Assembly: GCA_951406725.2 (NCBI GenBank)
Contig: OX597816.1
Location: 1,364,001-1,428,000 of the forward strand
From: Octopus vulgaris
Lineage: Eukaryota
Direction of reading: 5' to 3'
Length of the DNA stretch: 64,000 nt
Part shown: positions 24,740 to 38,089 of the stretch, one piece after another
Layout: each line of letters begins with the position of its first letter
Numbering within the stretch: the first letter of the stretch is position 1
The notes under the pieces: generated by a model
What the model saw: the letters and a program-made list of their open reading frames with translations, nothing else
Told to the model about the DNA's origin: nothing
Databases searched by the model: none
Position numbers and translations under genes: made by a program

Positions 24740-26352
24740 CATGCACGGCAGAAGTAAATAGACACTCTTATAATAGTCAAAATTTATTTAAATTATTTAT
24801 TCAATTTATTTATTAATTGTTATAGTGTGAATATCTAATATCTAGTAGACATAACTTTTGCATTTTTCAGTGCAAGGACCCTATTAAGCATGCTACTGTT
24901 CTGAAGATGAATATTCTCTTGAGGAATTTCTTGCCAAGTTTCATGCAGTAATCTCAAAAGTTCTGACTTTGAAAATGCTTTCTTGTTCTTTTTACGAATT
25001 TTCCTCTCCATTTTACCCCAGACGTATTCAAAACGGTTCATATCTGGTGACTGGCTTGGCCATGGAAGCTTTTTAATGCCATTCTCTTCAAACCAATCCT
25101 GGGTCTTTCTAGCCGTGTGACAAAGAGCCCTATCTTCCATAAATAGTCTTCTTTAATCATTTCACCGCTGGAGAAGATTGGAAGGAGTCCTTTCGGCAAT
25201 ATGGACACAAATTTATCTGAGCTTATGTTTCCTTCACACTCCACCAGCTCTGACTGACCACTACTCAAAATTGCTCCCCAGACCATCACAGAATAGCTGC
25301 CATATTTCATTGTTGGCTCTTTTCTCTTTTCTCTTTTACTTGTTTCAGTCATTTGACTGTGGCCATGCTGGAGCACCGCCTTTAGTCGAGCAAATCGACC
25401 CCAGGACTTATTCTATCGGTCTCTTTTGCCGAACCGCTAAGTGACGGGGACATAAACATACCAGCATCGGTTGTCAAGCAATGCTAGGGGGACAAACACC
25501 AGACACAAACATACACCCATATATATATATATATACATATATACGACAGGCTTCTTTCAGTTTCCGTCTACCAAATCCACTCACAAGGCATTGGTCGGCC
25601 CGAGGCTATAGTAGAAGACACTTGCCCAAGATGCCACGCAGTGGGACTGAACCCAGAACCATGTGGTTGGTTAGCAAGCTACTTACCGCACAGCCACTCC
25701 TGCACCTGCAATCTTTTCATGTCAAATTCTTGATCACAGACTCTCCAAACCGACACTCAACCACTGTCAGAAAATTCAGCAGATTTGGACTCAATACAGA
25801 ATAGGACAGTGTTCAAAATGCTGGTGACCTCTCCACCATCTCACTGGCCCATTCTTTCCTCTGCTTGACATTGGCCGGTTGAAGAAGTGGCTTCCTTCTT
25901 GCTACTCTGCCATAGTAACCAAGTTTGTGGAGACACCTGACAGCTGTTCTGGGACTGACGTCAACTTGTTCTGCTATGTCAGGGGCCTCGCAATGAGGAT
26001 TATCCCCCACATTTCTCTTAACAAAGCGAAGGGTCCTGTCAAAGGTCCCTGGTCAAGGTGATGTGGACTCCTTCCCCTCTCTGGTGAATTACACAATCAC
26101 TCTATTAACTGTAGAAAGTGGGATCTCAAGGTTTTCTGCGATTTTACGCTAAGTTCACCTTCAGATTTATCCACAATATGGCCTTTTCGAAATTTGGACA
26201 GTGCCAAGGCTTCTTTTGTACGTGGCATGATTGAACAGTCACAGATAGAACCTGAAACAGAAAAATGTCAATTAATAAGAAATATAAACCTTTTCAAGTT
26301 GAAATAAACAAAACAATGTTTTATGAGGTGTCTACTTACTTCTGTCATGTGT

Positions 26353-26353
<1 letters not shown>
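24740..26353 (-). mobile_element. Tc1-like (DD34E) transposon, decayed, with SINE insertion
   Basis: TIR core cagaagtaa(a/g)tagacac at both ends; ORF pieces GRVARRKPLL, SVMVWGAI, EDRALCH...WPSQSPDMNRFEYVW. Confidence 0.88.
25322..25706 (-). mobile_element. Full-length tRNA/CORE-like SINE (family 2)
   Basis: Reverse complement: ggtgcaggagtggctgtgcggtaag...gggttcagtccc...cttgggcaagtgtcttctactatagc...gaaacaagtaaaaga. Confidence 0.88.
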
Positions 26354-26424
<71 letters not shown>

Positions 26425-27280
26425 CATTCTCATCATCAACAACATTTAAAGTGCATTTTCCATGCTGGCATGGGTTGGACAGTTTGAGAGGATCCAGCGA
26501 GCCGTTGCACCGTGACGAGCTCCAATGTCAGCTTTGTCGTGATTGCTACGGCTGGATGCCCTTCCTAACACCAACCGCTTTGCAGAGTGGTGTGCTGGGT
26601 GCTTTCCTGGTGAAGCTGCCAAGTATTTTGCAAGGCAAGGAAAGAACAGGAAGAAGGGAAAGAGAGGGGGGATAGAAGGGTACAGTTTCATAAGAGTGTG
26701 AAGGGAGATGGTTAGTAGGGGGGAATGGAGCGAATGCTAGTGAGATCTGCAGGAGTATATGGTAAGTGAAGTGTTGTGGTAGATATAAGAGGGCATCATT
26801 AAGAGTTTTAAGAACAGAGGATAAATATAGTAGAGGGGGGGAGGGAGAGTAATGGACGGAATAATATGGACAGAGATGATGGTAAGGAATGGAAGTGGTT
26901 GCTGGCAAGTGGGAAAGGAAGCTAAGCAGGAGGGAGAGGATGCTTTATGCACAGGTGATTACAGCAGGTGAGAAGTACCATATAGAAATGACAGGTGTCA
27001 GGAATGAGATGCAAGGAAGAGGTTGAGGCAGGGCCCCACGGGTACAAGCATAAGCAAGGTGGTTTTGGATATCATTTCTATGATGAACAGGTCTTCTTGA
27101 CCATAGCAAATCGCTAATCATCTCAATCCGTTGTCATCTCCTCCATAAGGTTCAGCATCTTAGGATCAGCCTTCAGTACTTCATCCCATGTCGTCCGGTG
27201 TCTCCATCTTCCATGAGTTCCATCCATTTTAAGTGACCAGTGCTTCTTTGTGCAGCTGCCTTCATTCATACACACCACAC

Positions 27281-27495
27281 AATAATAATAGTAATAATAA
27301 TAATAAATAATAACATCGAAAAATGCCTTAGGAATGAGAACCCAGGTTCGAAATTTCCCCCAAGACACCTGATGAAGGCTGGAGGGTACATCAGCCGAAA
27401 CATTGTGTTAACAACAAACAAAATGAGGACAAAACCCGTCAAATGTAAATAATGTAAATAATGTACATAATTCCTCATCTCTTAAATATAGAACT
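27281..27495 (+). mobile_element. HHR-bearing short repeat (Penelope pLTR-like), same family as 1297-1416
   Basis: (AAT)n then aaaaatgccttaggaatgagaacccaggttcgaaatttcccccaagacacctgatgaaggctgg, matching 1300-1375 on the minus strand. Confidence 0.8.
27364..27409 (+). ncRNA. Minimal type-I hammerhead ribozyme motif
   Basis: Stem I GACAC/GTGTT, core CTGATGA-A, stem II GGCTG/CAGCC, GAAA, then C-ATT (probably from CGTT by CpG decay). Confidence 0.8.
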
Positions 27496-27769
27496 GTATT
27501 TCTCCATCTTACTCTTATTCTAGCAACTACACTTTCACAACACCCTCTTCCACTGCTAATTAGGTAATCAAAGTAACAGAAATTATCTTCTACCTCTTGG
27601 GAGTCTCCAGAGCATTTCAGACAAACAATTTCCTGTGAATTTATGGCACCTTTGCATTTTCCACATCCAAACATTACTTTCTCCGTTAACCTTCCTCTGA
27701 TTACTGTCGACAGCCCACTTACTGCAGTATTTGTCCTGAGATAGTATCTCTTGTGGACTTGCTGTTTTA

Positions 27770-28700
27770 AAGACACAATAAATATCGGAGGGAGATGAAA
27801 ATTTGCCCCCATCGGTGGCCAGCGAGAACGCGAGAGATAAATTTCTCAGATCTTTTCTGTTTGACTGCCACTTATCAATTTCTTCAATTTTATTCAAATT
27901 GATTTCATATTTGGTGTGTTAATGTAGTTTTGTATGGTAATTATTGACATGAAATTAATTCTCGCCCTAAATCAATAAATAAAGAGTTTAAAACTTTTAA
28001 AGTTTGCAAATGTTGGGTAATCTTAGCCAATTGAAAGCCAGAGATATAGGTGTCTGTTTCCATAGTAACAAGCCAAGCTGTTACTAAGCTGTTTACCAGG
28101 TGCTCTTTTTGTCGCTTATAAATTGCTTAACGCACATGAGGTATAAGGTGGTCATGAGATGTACTAAAAATAACAGCTAAATAGACCTTAAATCACGCAC
28201 CAAACTTTTTTTTGCAAAATCGCATGAATCCCCGTGTGCAGAATACAAATTCATTAAATTTTTTTGAAAATTCCAAAGAATAACAAAGTTATATGGTGTG
28301 TGTAAAACAGAATTCTGCCAATATTTCATTTGTTTACAGTTTGATATTAAAACACGTGCTATCGTCGCAATGCAGTCACACAAAATGACAGCTCCCAAAT
28401 CCTGTTTTCTGACTGGGTAAAAACGATCAAACTTTAAGCCTCTCTGTAACTTTTTTCAAAATTTTTCTGGAACAAGTGAATTAGACCTTGAGATTCAGCA
28501 TGAAAAATTACATCAATACACAAAATTTGAAAATTTTCACTTATTTTTAGAATCTCAAAAAGTACAGCCAAACTGAAAAGTTCCCAATTTCGGCTTTTTG
28601 GAGGCCTTTTCGATGGTATTTGCAACCAGCCACATGTTTGGATGACAGTTCGTTGTCTCCAATGTAGGGGGGAGGGGATTAAATAAAACATTAACTGATG
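27770..28700. repeat. Unclassified DNA-transposon-like segment
   Basis: Non-microsatellite AT-rich sequence abutting the RTE fragment; contains GTTTCCATAGTAAC; no clear TIR pair found. Confidence 0.3.
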
Positions 28701-30837
28701 TTGCAAATAGCCGTCCCTTGGTATAAAAACCTGATTACGTAATTGAAGCAGTAATAAATTAAACAGCCATTTGTAATGATGAAGAAGAAGAAGAAGAAGA
28801 AGAAGAAGAAGAAGAAGAAGAAGAAGAAGAAGAAGAAGAAGAAGGGAAAATAAGCAGTCACTAAGTTGAGAAACAGAAAAAGGAAAAGAAAGATAAATAA
28901 ACGAAAGGAGGAGGAGGAGGAGGAGAGAGTCGGTGGTTAACATTTGGGCTTTTGATGCCGAGTTCCTTGTTGTTGAGTGAGTTTGTGCAAGGAGGAGGAG
29001 GAGGAAGTGGCATAGGTTAGAAACATATGCAGTGGGTGCATCAGGTCGTCACAAGCTGAGATGATTTGCTTTTAGTTGCGAACAGAAGAGAGAAAGGTGA
29101 AATACAGATTTAAAAGTCATTAAATATTTTAGAGGAGGATCTTGAGAGGGTTTCTCTGATGACCTACAACTTAACTCGAGAGCAATTTGCTAGCTTTTTA
29201 AACATATGGCTGGCAAATTGTTACGCTAATACACACATACGAAAATAAACACACACACACACACACATATACATACATACACATACATACATACAGACAT
29301 ACATAAACACACACACACACACACACATACATACACACACACATACATACACACACACACATACATACATATACACACACACACATACATACACACACAT
29401 ACATACGTATACACACACACACATACATACATACATACATGCATTCACAATTGTTTACTATCTCTTTCCATCTGTGAATGTCTCTGTGTATCTGCGTATA
29501 TATGAGCGCGTGTGTGCCTGTGTGTGTCTGTGTACGTGTGTGTAAATTCTTACGTAATCATGCAAGCTTCAGATTGTACAAAAGACCGACGTTGCGTTGT
29601 GGTGTTCATACCTTTTCTAAAAGGCATATATTATTATTTTGCATGTCTGCCGGCATTTCTTCCGACTCATTTCGAAGTCTCACGGAAGTCGATTTTGCTT
29701 TTCATCCTTTCGAGATCGACAAAATAAAGAATCAATCATGTTCTGGAGGGGATTGGGTCGTCAGAAAGCAGACGCACAATCGATGGGAAACCAAAGGGCA
29801 AAATGTGTTGATTTAAAATTTTTTTTTAATTTTGGCAGTGGGAGGCAAGCATGGAGAGGAACGTTTGTAAAATGCATGTACAGATAAAAGGCATTGAGCC
29901 ATAAATGGTTGAGGACGACAGATTAAGGCCAAACAGCATTAATACTTTTCTATTTCTAAGAGAAGAATCCATGTCATTTTGGGTTCAAATCCCATAGAGG
30001 TTTCGTTTTCTTTTCACGCTTCCATGGTCAATAAATAAAATTCCATTCAGGTTAAGGGACTTTCAGAATTATCAAACTGTGAAAAGAGCTGATACCTTAT
30101 GGTATTTATTTGTTTTGGGTCATTGCATTCTGAGTTCAAATCCTTCCGTGGCTTACGCACAAGAAGAGTAGACTAAATCATTTACCCTGTTTAACCCCTC
30201 ATATTGTCCCTGGGGAGTCTTCAGCATTAGGGGTCGTTTCCCCAATTTGAGGTTAACTTCCTTTCTTCTTCCCAAAACTCTCAGAACCCCTATAAAGGGT
30301 CAAGATTATGACCGTTCTTTTGAACAAAATGGTAAAAAAAATGTCAACTGTCAATTTGCTTCAGCCATTGGACTGGAGCCAAGCTGGAGCACCGGTTTGT
30401 ATAATAATGAATCACAATGAATAGTGAAAAGTCAAAAAGAAAACAAGAACAACAGAAACGAATAAAAGACAAAATAATTAAAATCAAAGAACATCAAATG
30501 TTTAAAGTTGAAAAGTGTTACACCCAGGAAGAAGAAGAAGAAGAAGATGAAGAAGATGAAGAAGATGAAGAAGAAGAAGGAGATGAAGAAGATGAAGAAG
30601 AAGATGAAGATGAAGAAGAGATTAGGTGATAAACGTTAATTAGAAAGAGAGGGGAGGGGGAGAAGGGTAAGAGATGGGGAGAGGAGAGGGAGGGAGATAA
30701 ATAGATTAGGGGGTAAGAGAGAGAAAGAGACAGGGGCAGAGAGAAGAGAAAGAGAGAGAGAGAGAAAGTAAAAGACAGATTAAAGAGTGAAAGAGATTAG
30801 ATTTTTTTTCTCTTTGAAATGTTTGATTGGTTTAGGG

Positions 30838-31235
30838 TTTGTGTGGTTAAGAAGTTGGCTTCTTCCCAACCATGTGGTCTTGGCTTCAGTCCCACTGAGT
30901 GGCACCTTGGGCAAGTGTCTCCTACTATCGCCCAGTGTTGACCACAGCATGGTGTGTGAATGAATTTGGTAGACGTAAACTGAGGAAGCGCATGCACACA
31001 CTCTCGTCTCGACATCTCGTGATGGTTACAAACAAGCGTCACCGTCATACAATATTCTGCGTAAACATGTCTGGCCAAAGAGAAATATTATTTTGCTTCA
31101 AAACAGACGAGGAGGCAACTGGAACGGCATCTGGCCATAGAACAGTTGCACCAACGAATTCCATCCAAGCCATGCAAGCTTGGAAAAGTGGACGTTAAAT
31201 GAAGATGATGACGATGATGATGATGATGATGATGC
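30838..31235 (+). mobile_element. SINE with family-2 head and RTE-like (GAT)n tail
   Basis: ccatgtggtcttggcttcagtcccactgagtggcaccttgggcaagtg...ggaaaagtggacgttaaat(gat)n. Confidence 0.7.
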
Positions 31236-31545
31236 AGTTGTGATTCTAAGAGAATTGTAGTTTTAATGAAAATAATTTACAAATTGTACAAAGCTTGACT
31301 CTATTTTTAATGACATTTAAATTTAGTTGTCAAATGTGTTGCATTAAAAGTGTAACTTGAAGTATTTTACTTTTGTTTTATGTTCTGTTCCTCTGCAGAC
31401 TTTTATTTTCGTGTGTTTGGGTGGGGAATGAGAGAAATTTAAATAAATACGTTTAAAGGAAAAACAAATTCAATGATTTTTATCTAAAATTTTAACAGAT
31501 GATTAACCCAATGAAGGAATTTCTGATGACTGTTCCCACTCTTAC

Positions 31546-31584
<39 letters not shown>

Positions 31585-32920
31585 CAGGGGTTAGACAAAA
31601 TAATGGAAACAACTTTTTATTTAACTCTATTTTTTTTATTTAACTCATAATGATCCGTTCAAAACTGTTCTAGTCTGCATATACATGCCTTGTACTTCGC
31701 ATGCCTTGTACTTTGCATGCCTTGTACTTTGCATGCCTTGTACTTTGCATGCCTTGTACTTTGCAATAGAACCCAGTCTTTTCCGCTGTTTTAGCGGGTA
31801 TTTATTTTTAAATAAGTTAAAATGTGCGATATATCTGATTTTTTGAAGAGAACAAATTGTTAGAGCACAAATGACCAGAGCTTCAGTCACTGAATTGTTT
31901 AATGTCATGAGAAATACAGTCTCTAAAATCAGTTTGGCATTCCAAAACCAAGGTAAAATCAGCTCTAGAAATCATGATTCTGGGTGGAAAGCAAAGCTCA
32001 CAGAGAGGAATTGCAGAATAACAAAATGCATGTGTCAAAAAACAGCAGCAGCTAAAGTGAGAGCAAAGCTAAAGCACCGTTTTGCCAACCGTTTGTTGAT
32101 CAAAAGCATTCATTGCAATCTTCATAAAATTGGACTCCATGGGAGGGCTGTAATTGCTAAAACTCTCCTGATAAGCAGGAAACAATGGCGTTTAGACAAT
32201 CAGATGCAGTCAATGGTGCAATGGAACAATGCCATGTTCTGCTGAAGAATCATCATTCACTCTTTTTCCCACTTTGAGGTGACTTTATGTCTAGAGACAG
32301 ACCAAAGAACCTTCAACCCTAATTGTTTGGTCCCTGTCGTGAGCATAGAGTGGCTCTGTGATGATTTCAGCAGCCATATCATAGAGTTCACTCGGTCCTT
32401 TAGTCGCTGGTACAAACAATGTTCCTTGATAGTAGTGCGATCTTCCGGGATGGTAACACACTGATTCACTCAGATAATATTATTCAAAATCGTTAAGATG
32501 AGTGCAAAAGTGAGGGATACCACTGGGATTGGTCCTCACAATCACTGGATCCCAATAGAATCGAACATTTATGGTGTGTTTTGGTGCAGCAAGTGATGAA
32601 CCACTTCCATCCACCATCATCGCTGAAAGAAGCTTTTACGACAGCTCAAAATCCTCATCGAAAGCATTGAAAACCTGAAAATATTAAAGTCAATTCCTGA
32701 ATATATTAAAGCTCGGGCTGATTGCAAGGTGGACCATCTTGGGAGTGAATAATTATTAGGCACAAAGCCCAAAACTTTTATGGAAGGGTTCGATATAAGC
32801 TGGGTCTTATTGTATTCACTCTGAAAGGACAAAAGGCAAAGTCGACATCGGTTGTAATTCGGTTTTAAGTATTAAAGAATTCTATTTAACAAAGTGTTTC
32901 AGATGTTCTTCTGATCCCTG
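31585..32920 (+). mobile_element. Old Tc1-like element related to 61980-63023
   Basis: TA-CAGGGGTTAGACAAAATAATGGAAAC left TIR, degenerate right TIR ending CCCTG-TA; ORF 31871 LHKIGLHGRAVIAKTLL. Confidence 0.8.
31685..31764. repeat. 16-bp tandem repeat x5 (catgccttgtactttg)
   Basis: Read directly from the sequence. Confidence 0.95.
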
Positions 32921-33592
32921 TAAGCATTTATACAAAGAGTGAGAGAGAGGGAGGGAGGAAAGGGTGATGGAAAGTGAGGGAGGGAGAGAGATCAATTACA
33001 ATGGTGATAGATGCAGTAGCACAACACACACCCACACACACACCTATCTTTTACTTGTTTCAGTCATTAGACTGTGGCCATGCTGGGGCACCGCCTCAAA
33101 GAATTTTAGTCAAATGAATTGATCCCTGTACTATTTTTTAAATAGCCTGGTACTTATTCTATCGGTCTCTATTTCCGAACTGCTAAGTTGCAGGGATGTA
33201 AACACACTAGCACCGGTTGCCAAGAGGTGGTGGGACACACACACACACACACACACATCAACCCTAAAAAGACGAAAAGTAAAAATTTGGCTTCCATACG
33301 ATTTGAATTCAAAAGACCAAGAGTCAGAGCAATTAATTAGATATGATGTTTCACAATTAACTTCAAATGAAACTTATTAGTATGCCTGTGTAGATGTATA
33401 TTTCAAATTTCATTTGAGGTTAATTAAAAATACCTTAATTAACATATTAACCAATTGAAAGTGGTTGTATGTGGGTGTATATATATATATAGGTGTGTAT
33501 GTGTAGTTGTGTGTGTACACACACACTTACATACATACATAAATATACATACATACATAAATATACATACATACATATAGACACACACATTA

Positions 33593-33638
<46 letters not shown>

Positions 33639-33830
33639 GCATACATATATACATCTATCTATCTATCTATCTATCTATATATATATATATATATATATAT
33701 ATTGCCGATCTCTCTCTCTCTCTTTCTCTCTCTCTATATATATACATACATAAAAAACTTTTATATGTATATTTTCAAATATATATATATACATATACAT
33801 ACACATACACACACACTCACACATATATAT

Positions 33831-33934
<104 letters not shown>

Positions 33935-34539
33935 TACTATTTGCGTTGAACGTGTTTGCGTAGGTAAGTGTGAGTGTGTGTATGTGTATGCGTGTGAATA
34001 TTATAGATGTATTTCCGTTTTCTTACGCGCCTTTTGACATTTCTGGAAATCTTAAGCAGTTTGATGCAGGAAATGTCAACCAAAAGATATTCTTTACAAA
34101 GCATAAAACAACGTATCTGATATTTATAACAAGCAAAAACTGAAAAAATTTACTCGTTCAACCCCCCCTCCCACCCCCCGCGATGCTCTTCGCTCCTCCA
34201 CCACTGCCACCACCACTATTACGATGCTTCTTCACCTCAGCCTCCACCACCACCACCACCACCATCGCCGCCGCCGCCGCCGTTCCTCTTCTTCATAACT
34301 GCTTTCTCTGTGGCTCTCCTCCTCTTCCTCCTCCTCCGGCTGCCATCACCTTTTATTGCCGCCGCCATTCCCTTCCCCTTCTGTCTTTAACAGCTGTTAG
34401 ACATTCATCGAAACAACCCTGAATAACTGACTTGAATGTGAGGAAGTAGGGAAGAGGGTACCCTACCAACATCGTACCCCATTTTTGTGCCCGGCAAATT
34501 CATCTGTCAAGAATGACCCCCTCCCTCCCTACCCATCTC

Positions 34540-34570
<31 letters not shown>

Positions 34571-35777
34571 CTCTTGACAAATTCAGACATGAAGATACAC
34601 ACACACACACACAAACAAAATAACAAAAAGAACAATAGGAAAATGTATCAACAATGACTGAATTGGGGGTTTTATTTCTTATTTCATATTATGTTGACAT
34701 AGAGACAAAAATTAGAAATGACGGTGACACGTTTGTAAGTCGCAGCTGGACGACTGAGGCTTGAAGGTAAGGAATGAAAGGGATCCATAGGACAGCCTCC
34801 CTTCCCAGTATTCATTTATGTCCAGATATTTTTACCCCAATTGTTAACCCTTATGATAACAACCTGCCTGAGAGTTCCTTGGGGGGTCTTCTGAATATTA
34901 ATGTAAATAATAATAAAATGGACACTTTAATAAATGTCAATTTCTGTAAAAATTAAATCTGACCATCATAAGTTTAGGTAAAAAAAAAAAAACCCTTCTT
35001 GTTAAGCTGTGTTCTAAGAGAGAAAGTTCATGTTTTAGTTGTTTCCCATCATTGGTCAGTTCAATCACAGCTGGCTTTTGGTTCAAACAATAACAAGAAC
35101 ACTTGAAAATAGTTGTTTTATGAAAGCCCTGTGCCCCCCCCCCCATCATTGATGCTTTCAAAATGAATTAAAAAATACATAGTAATTTAGTGGATGTATC
35201 TATATATATATTTAAGAGAGTTTGTATGTGTGTATGTTCCTTATATATTCGAAAACTGAGTTGCTGGTTTTGACGTATGGGGTATCAAAATAGTCAATAA
35301 TGGTTTGGTTACCAAATAAACTTTATTTTCATTTACATATTTTCTCCATTATTTCAACAACCAGCTTTAGTCATTTGAAAGTGAAAGTAGTTTCAAACTT
35401 TCAATTTCAACCAAAATTAGAAAGTATTGCATTACGAGAGAATGATGAAGTGTGAATAATGAAAGTAATGTTTCTCCAAATTACTCCCATTTGTACTTCA
35501 ATAAAGAAAGTTGTTGTTTATCTATATGTATTGGGTCATCCCATAAGTAATGTGGTTTTTTTCATCAGTTGCACGAGCTAAAGGTTGGAGGGGCACGGGA
35601 TAAACTATGTGCATCAATTTTCTATAAAAGCAGGTGGTAATTTTACCTTGTCCTTATTCTTAGTGCAAGTTTTGAAGAGTATATATAAAGAGAGAGAGAG
35701 AGAGAGCTGGGTATACAGTCATCGGAGAGATAGTTCTAAGGCCTGGTCTAACTGGATTTGGACCCTCCCACCAATAG

Positions 35778-35836
<59 letters not shown>

Positions 35837-36559
35837 CATATATAATACATTAAAAGTGAAATTCAATCTTGCTTGCAATGTTACACAATGAAACTGGTGC
35901 ATAATGGGAAAATACTTTGAAAGTAAAGTGCCCCTGAAATGTGAATACGAACGGAATAAAACAAGTTTCATAGAAATTGGGCCAGTAGTTGAGATATTCA
36001 GGGTTTTGGGGTATAAATACCCAAAATGGTACAAATGAGAAAATACTCCAAAAATAACTTAACCCTGAAAGGGAAGAAACTCTAACCTTTCCATTAGACA
36101 CATTATGATGGGCAAAATATTTTTAAGTGAAAATGATCCATCCATGACCTCCGTGTGAAATAGCTTTTCCCATAGGTATCTTTCAAGTGCATTAAATGCA
36201 TCTCACCTCCAAAATTTGGCTGATATTTCTAGCATGCCCTGCTACCATGTAACAGTTATTTGCGATAAAGGACCCAAAATACCTGTTATGCAAGAAATAG
36301 CAGCCAAATCTTTCCTTTCCTGGGGAAAGGGGCCATTTACATGTGATTTCGATGTTGAAAGCATTCGAAATAACATGGAAAAGAAAAAAAGACCCATGAA
36401 ACAAAACTCTGTGGCTAGGAAATTCAGACTTCCCCGGTAACCCAATGGGTCATGGGTAGTCTAGTATATATATGTATATGTGCTCCAGCATGGCCACAGT
36501 CAAATGACTAAAACTAGTAAAAGAATATGCACACACACACACACATCGCATACGTAAAG

Positions 36560-36870
36560 GCAGCATGGGTTAGGGGTTAGGGGTATTTGGATCATAAAGT
36601 CATGAGTTCAATATCCAGCAGAACATTGAATCCTTGAGCAAGACACTGTATTCCACATTGCTCCAGTCCACTCAGATGGCAGAATGAATTGTACCTGTAA
36701 TTGAAAGGGGGCCAGCCTTGTCCCTTTCTATGTCACACTCAATCTCCCTCAGAACTACTTTAAGGGTACGTGTATCCGTGGAACACTCAGCCACTTGCAC
36801 ACTAATTTCACGAGCAGTCTTTTCTGTTGATGGGAACAACTGTGACACTTGTTGTCATAAATGATGGAGA
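36560..36870 (+). mobile_element. tRNA/CORE-like SINE
   Basis: gagttcaatatcc B box and tccttgagcaagacactgtattccacattgctccagtccactcag CORE-like block. Confidence 0.65.
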
Positions 36871-36884
36871 GCTACCTTTTGGGA

Positions 36885-37325
36885 TGTAGCCAGTCCACTT
36901 ATGCCTACCTTTCCTTCTTTGGACACAAAACTCTGCTTGCGAAGACCTGTTGAGGCAAGTGAAATCGAAATCGATCAAAAATCAATGGAAACTACAGTTG
37001 TGATACCAGTGTCAGTGGCACGTAAAGGAACCATCCGAACACGGCCGTTGCCAGCGCCGCCTTGTCTGGCCTCCATGCCGGTGGCACATAAAAAGCACCA
37101 ACCGATCATGGCCATTGCCAGACTCCCCTGGCACGTAAAAAGTACCCACTACACTCACGGAGTGGTTGGCATTAGGAAGGGCATCCAGCTGTAGAAACAC
37201 TGCCAGATCAAACTGGAGCCTGGTGCAGCCTCCTGGCTTCCCAGACCCCAGTCAAACTTTCCAACCCATGCTAGCATGGAAAGCGGACGTTATATGAAGA
37301 TAATGATGATGATGATGATGATGAG
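36885..37325 (+). mobile_element. RTE 3' UTR fragment
   Basis: Matches 57600-58060 in reverse; ends in (GAT)n. Confidence 0.8.
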
Positions 37326-38089
37326 ATATATGGGTAACAAAAGCAGTATTACTTTAACGCAGCCATCTACGTATCATACTTACAGCATATACAACATTGA
37401 TAGCCTAATTAACTGTGAAATTCATTTCAAGATTGTATTTCTTAGGGATGTTTAGTGTTAAAAACACAGGAATATATGAGTAGCAGTTGAAAATCGTCAG
37501 GCAACGGTGGTGGCATTTCCACCTCTTTGGGTTGAGTATCCACCAGCAACTGCAGGCTAAGCCAAAATTAACTGCTAAGAGTCATTGAAATATCACAGAC
37601 ATTGCAATTAGCTGGCAGCCTGTGTAAACATTGCTTTATTTCATGTGATACACTGATGGCTGTGTGTATGTGTTCTTCTTGTGTTGTATTTGTTATCGTG
37701 TAACATTTTCTGTTTTCTCATTCTTTTTTTTTTCTGTCTGTGTGTTGTCACACATATTTGCTTGCTTTCTTCCCAAAATTTAATGCTCTTAGCTTAGATT
37801 TTTGGGGCCTACCAGTTTTGAACGGTCTCAAGTGTAACAGGCTGAAACTGTAATGATGATTGGAAGCTTGACTGATGAAAGAAAGCCATGAACGTTCCAT
37901 CCTGGTTTTTCCTGTCTTTGTATCATCTATCTGTCCGTATGTTTTTGTATTGTTGTCTGTTACTTCCATATTCCATTTTTTGGAGATATATATATATATA
38001 TATATATATAAATACATACATATATGTATGTATATATATTTGAAAGTCTTTGTGCAAATTACTGAATACAGTTTTTAAGTCTAAAGGGG

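Larger units (their letters stand above)
27060..27760 (-). mobile_element. Old, diverged RTE-like LINE fragment interrupted by an HHR-bearing repeat
   Basis: GTHGRWRHRTTWDEVLK and EVEDNFCYFDYLISSGRGCCESVVARIRVRW are homologous to the RTE ORF at 350-1282. Confidence 0.7.

Noticed and set aside
30417-30629. Acidic poly-E/D ORF
   Set aside because: (GAA/GAT)n simple repeat with no splice or homology support.
35850-36465. Possible non-autonomous Helitron ending in a hairpin plus CTAG
   Set aside because: Only a weak 3' signature; no 5' end or second copy in the window.
37810-37900. Possible hammerhead (ggtct...aggct-gaaac; ctgatga...aacgtt)
   Set aside because: Core and stems cannot be assembled into one motif; at best a decayed pLTR-like unit.
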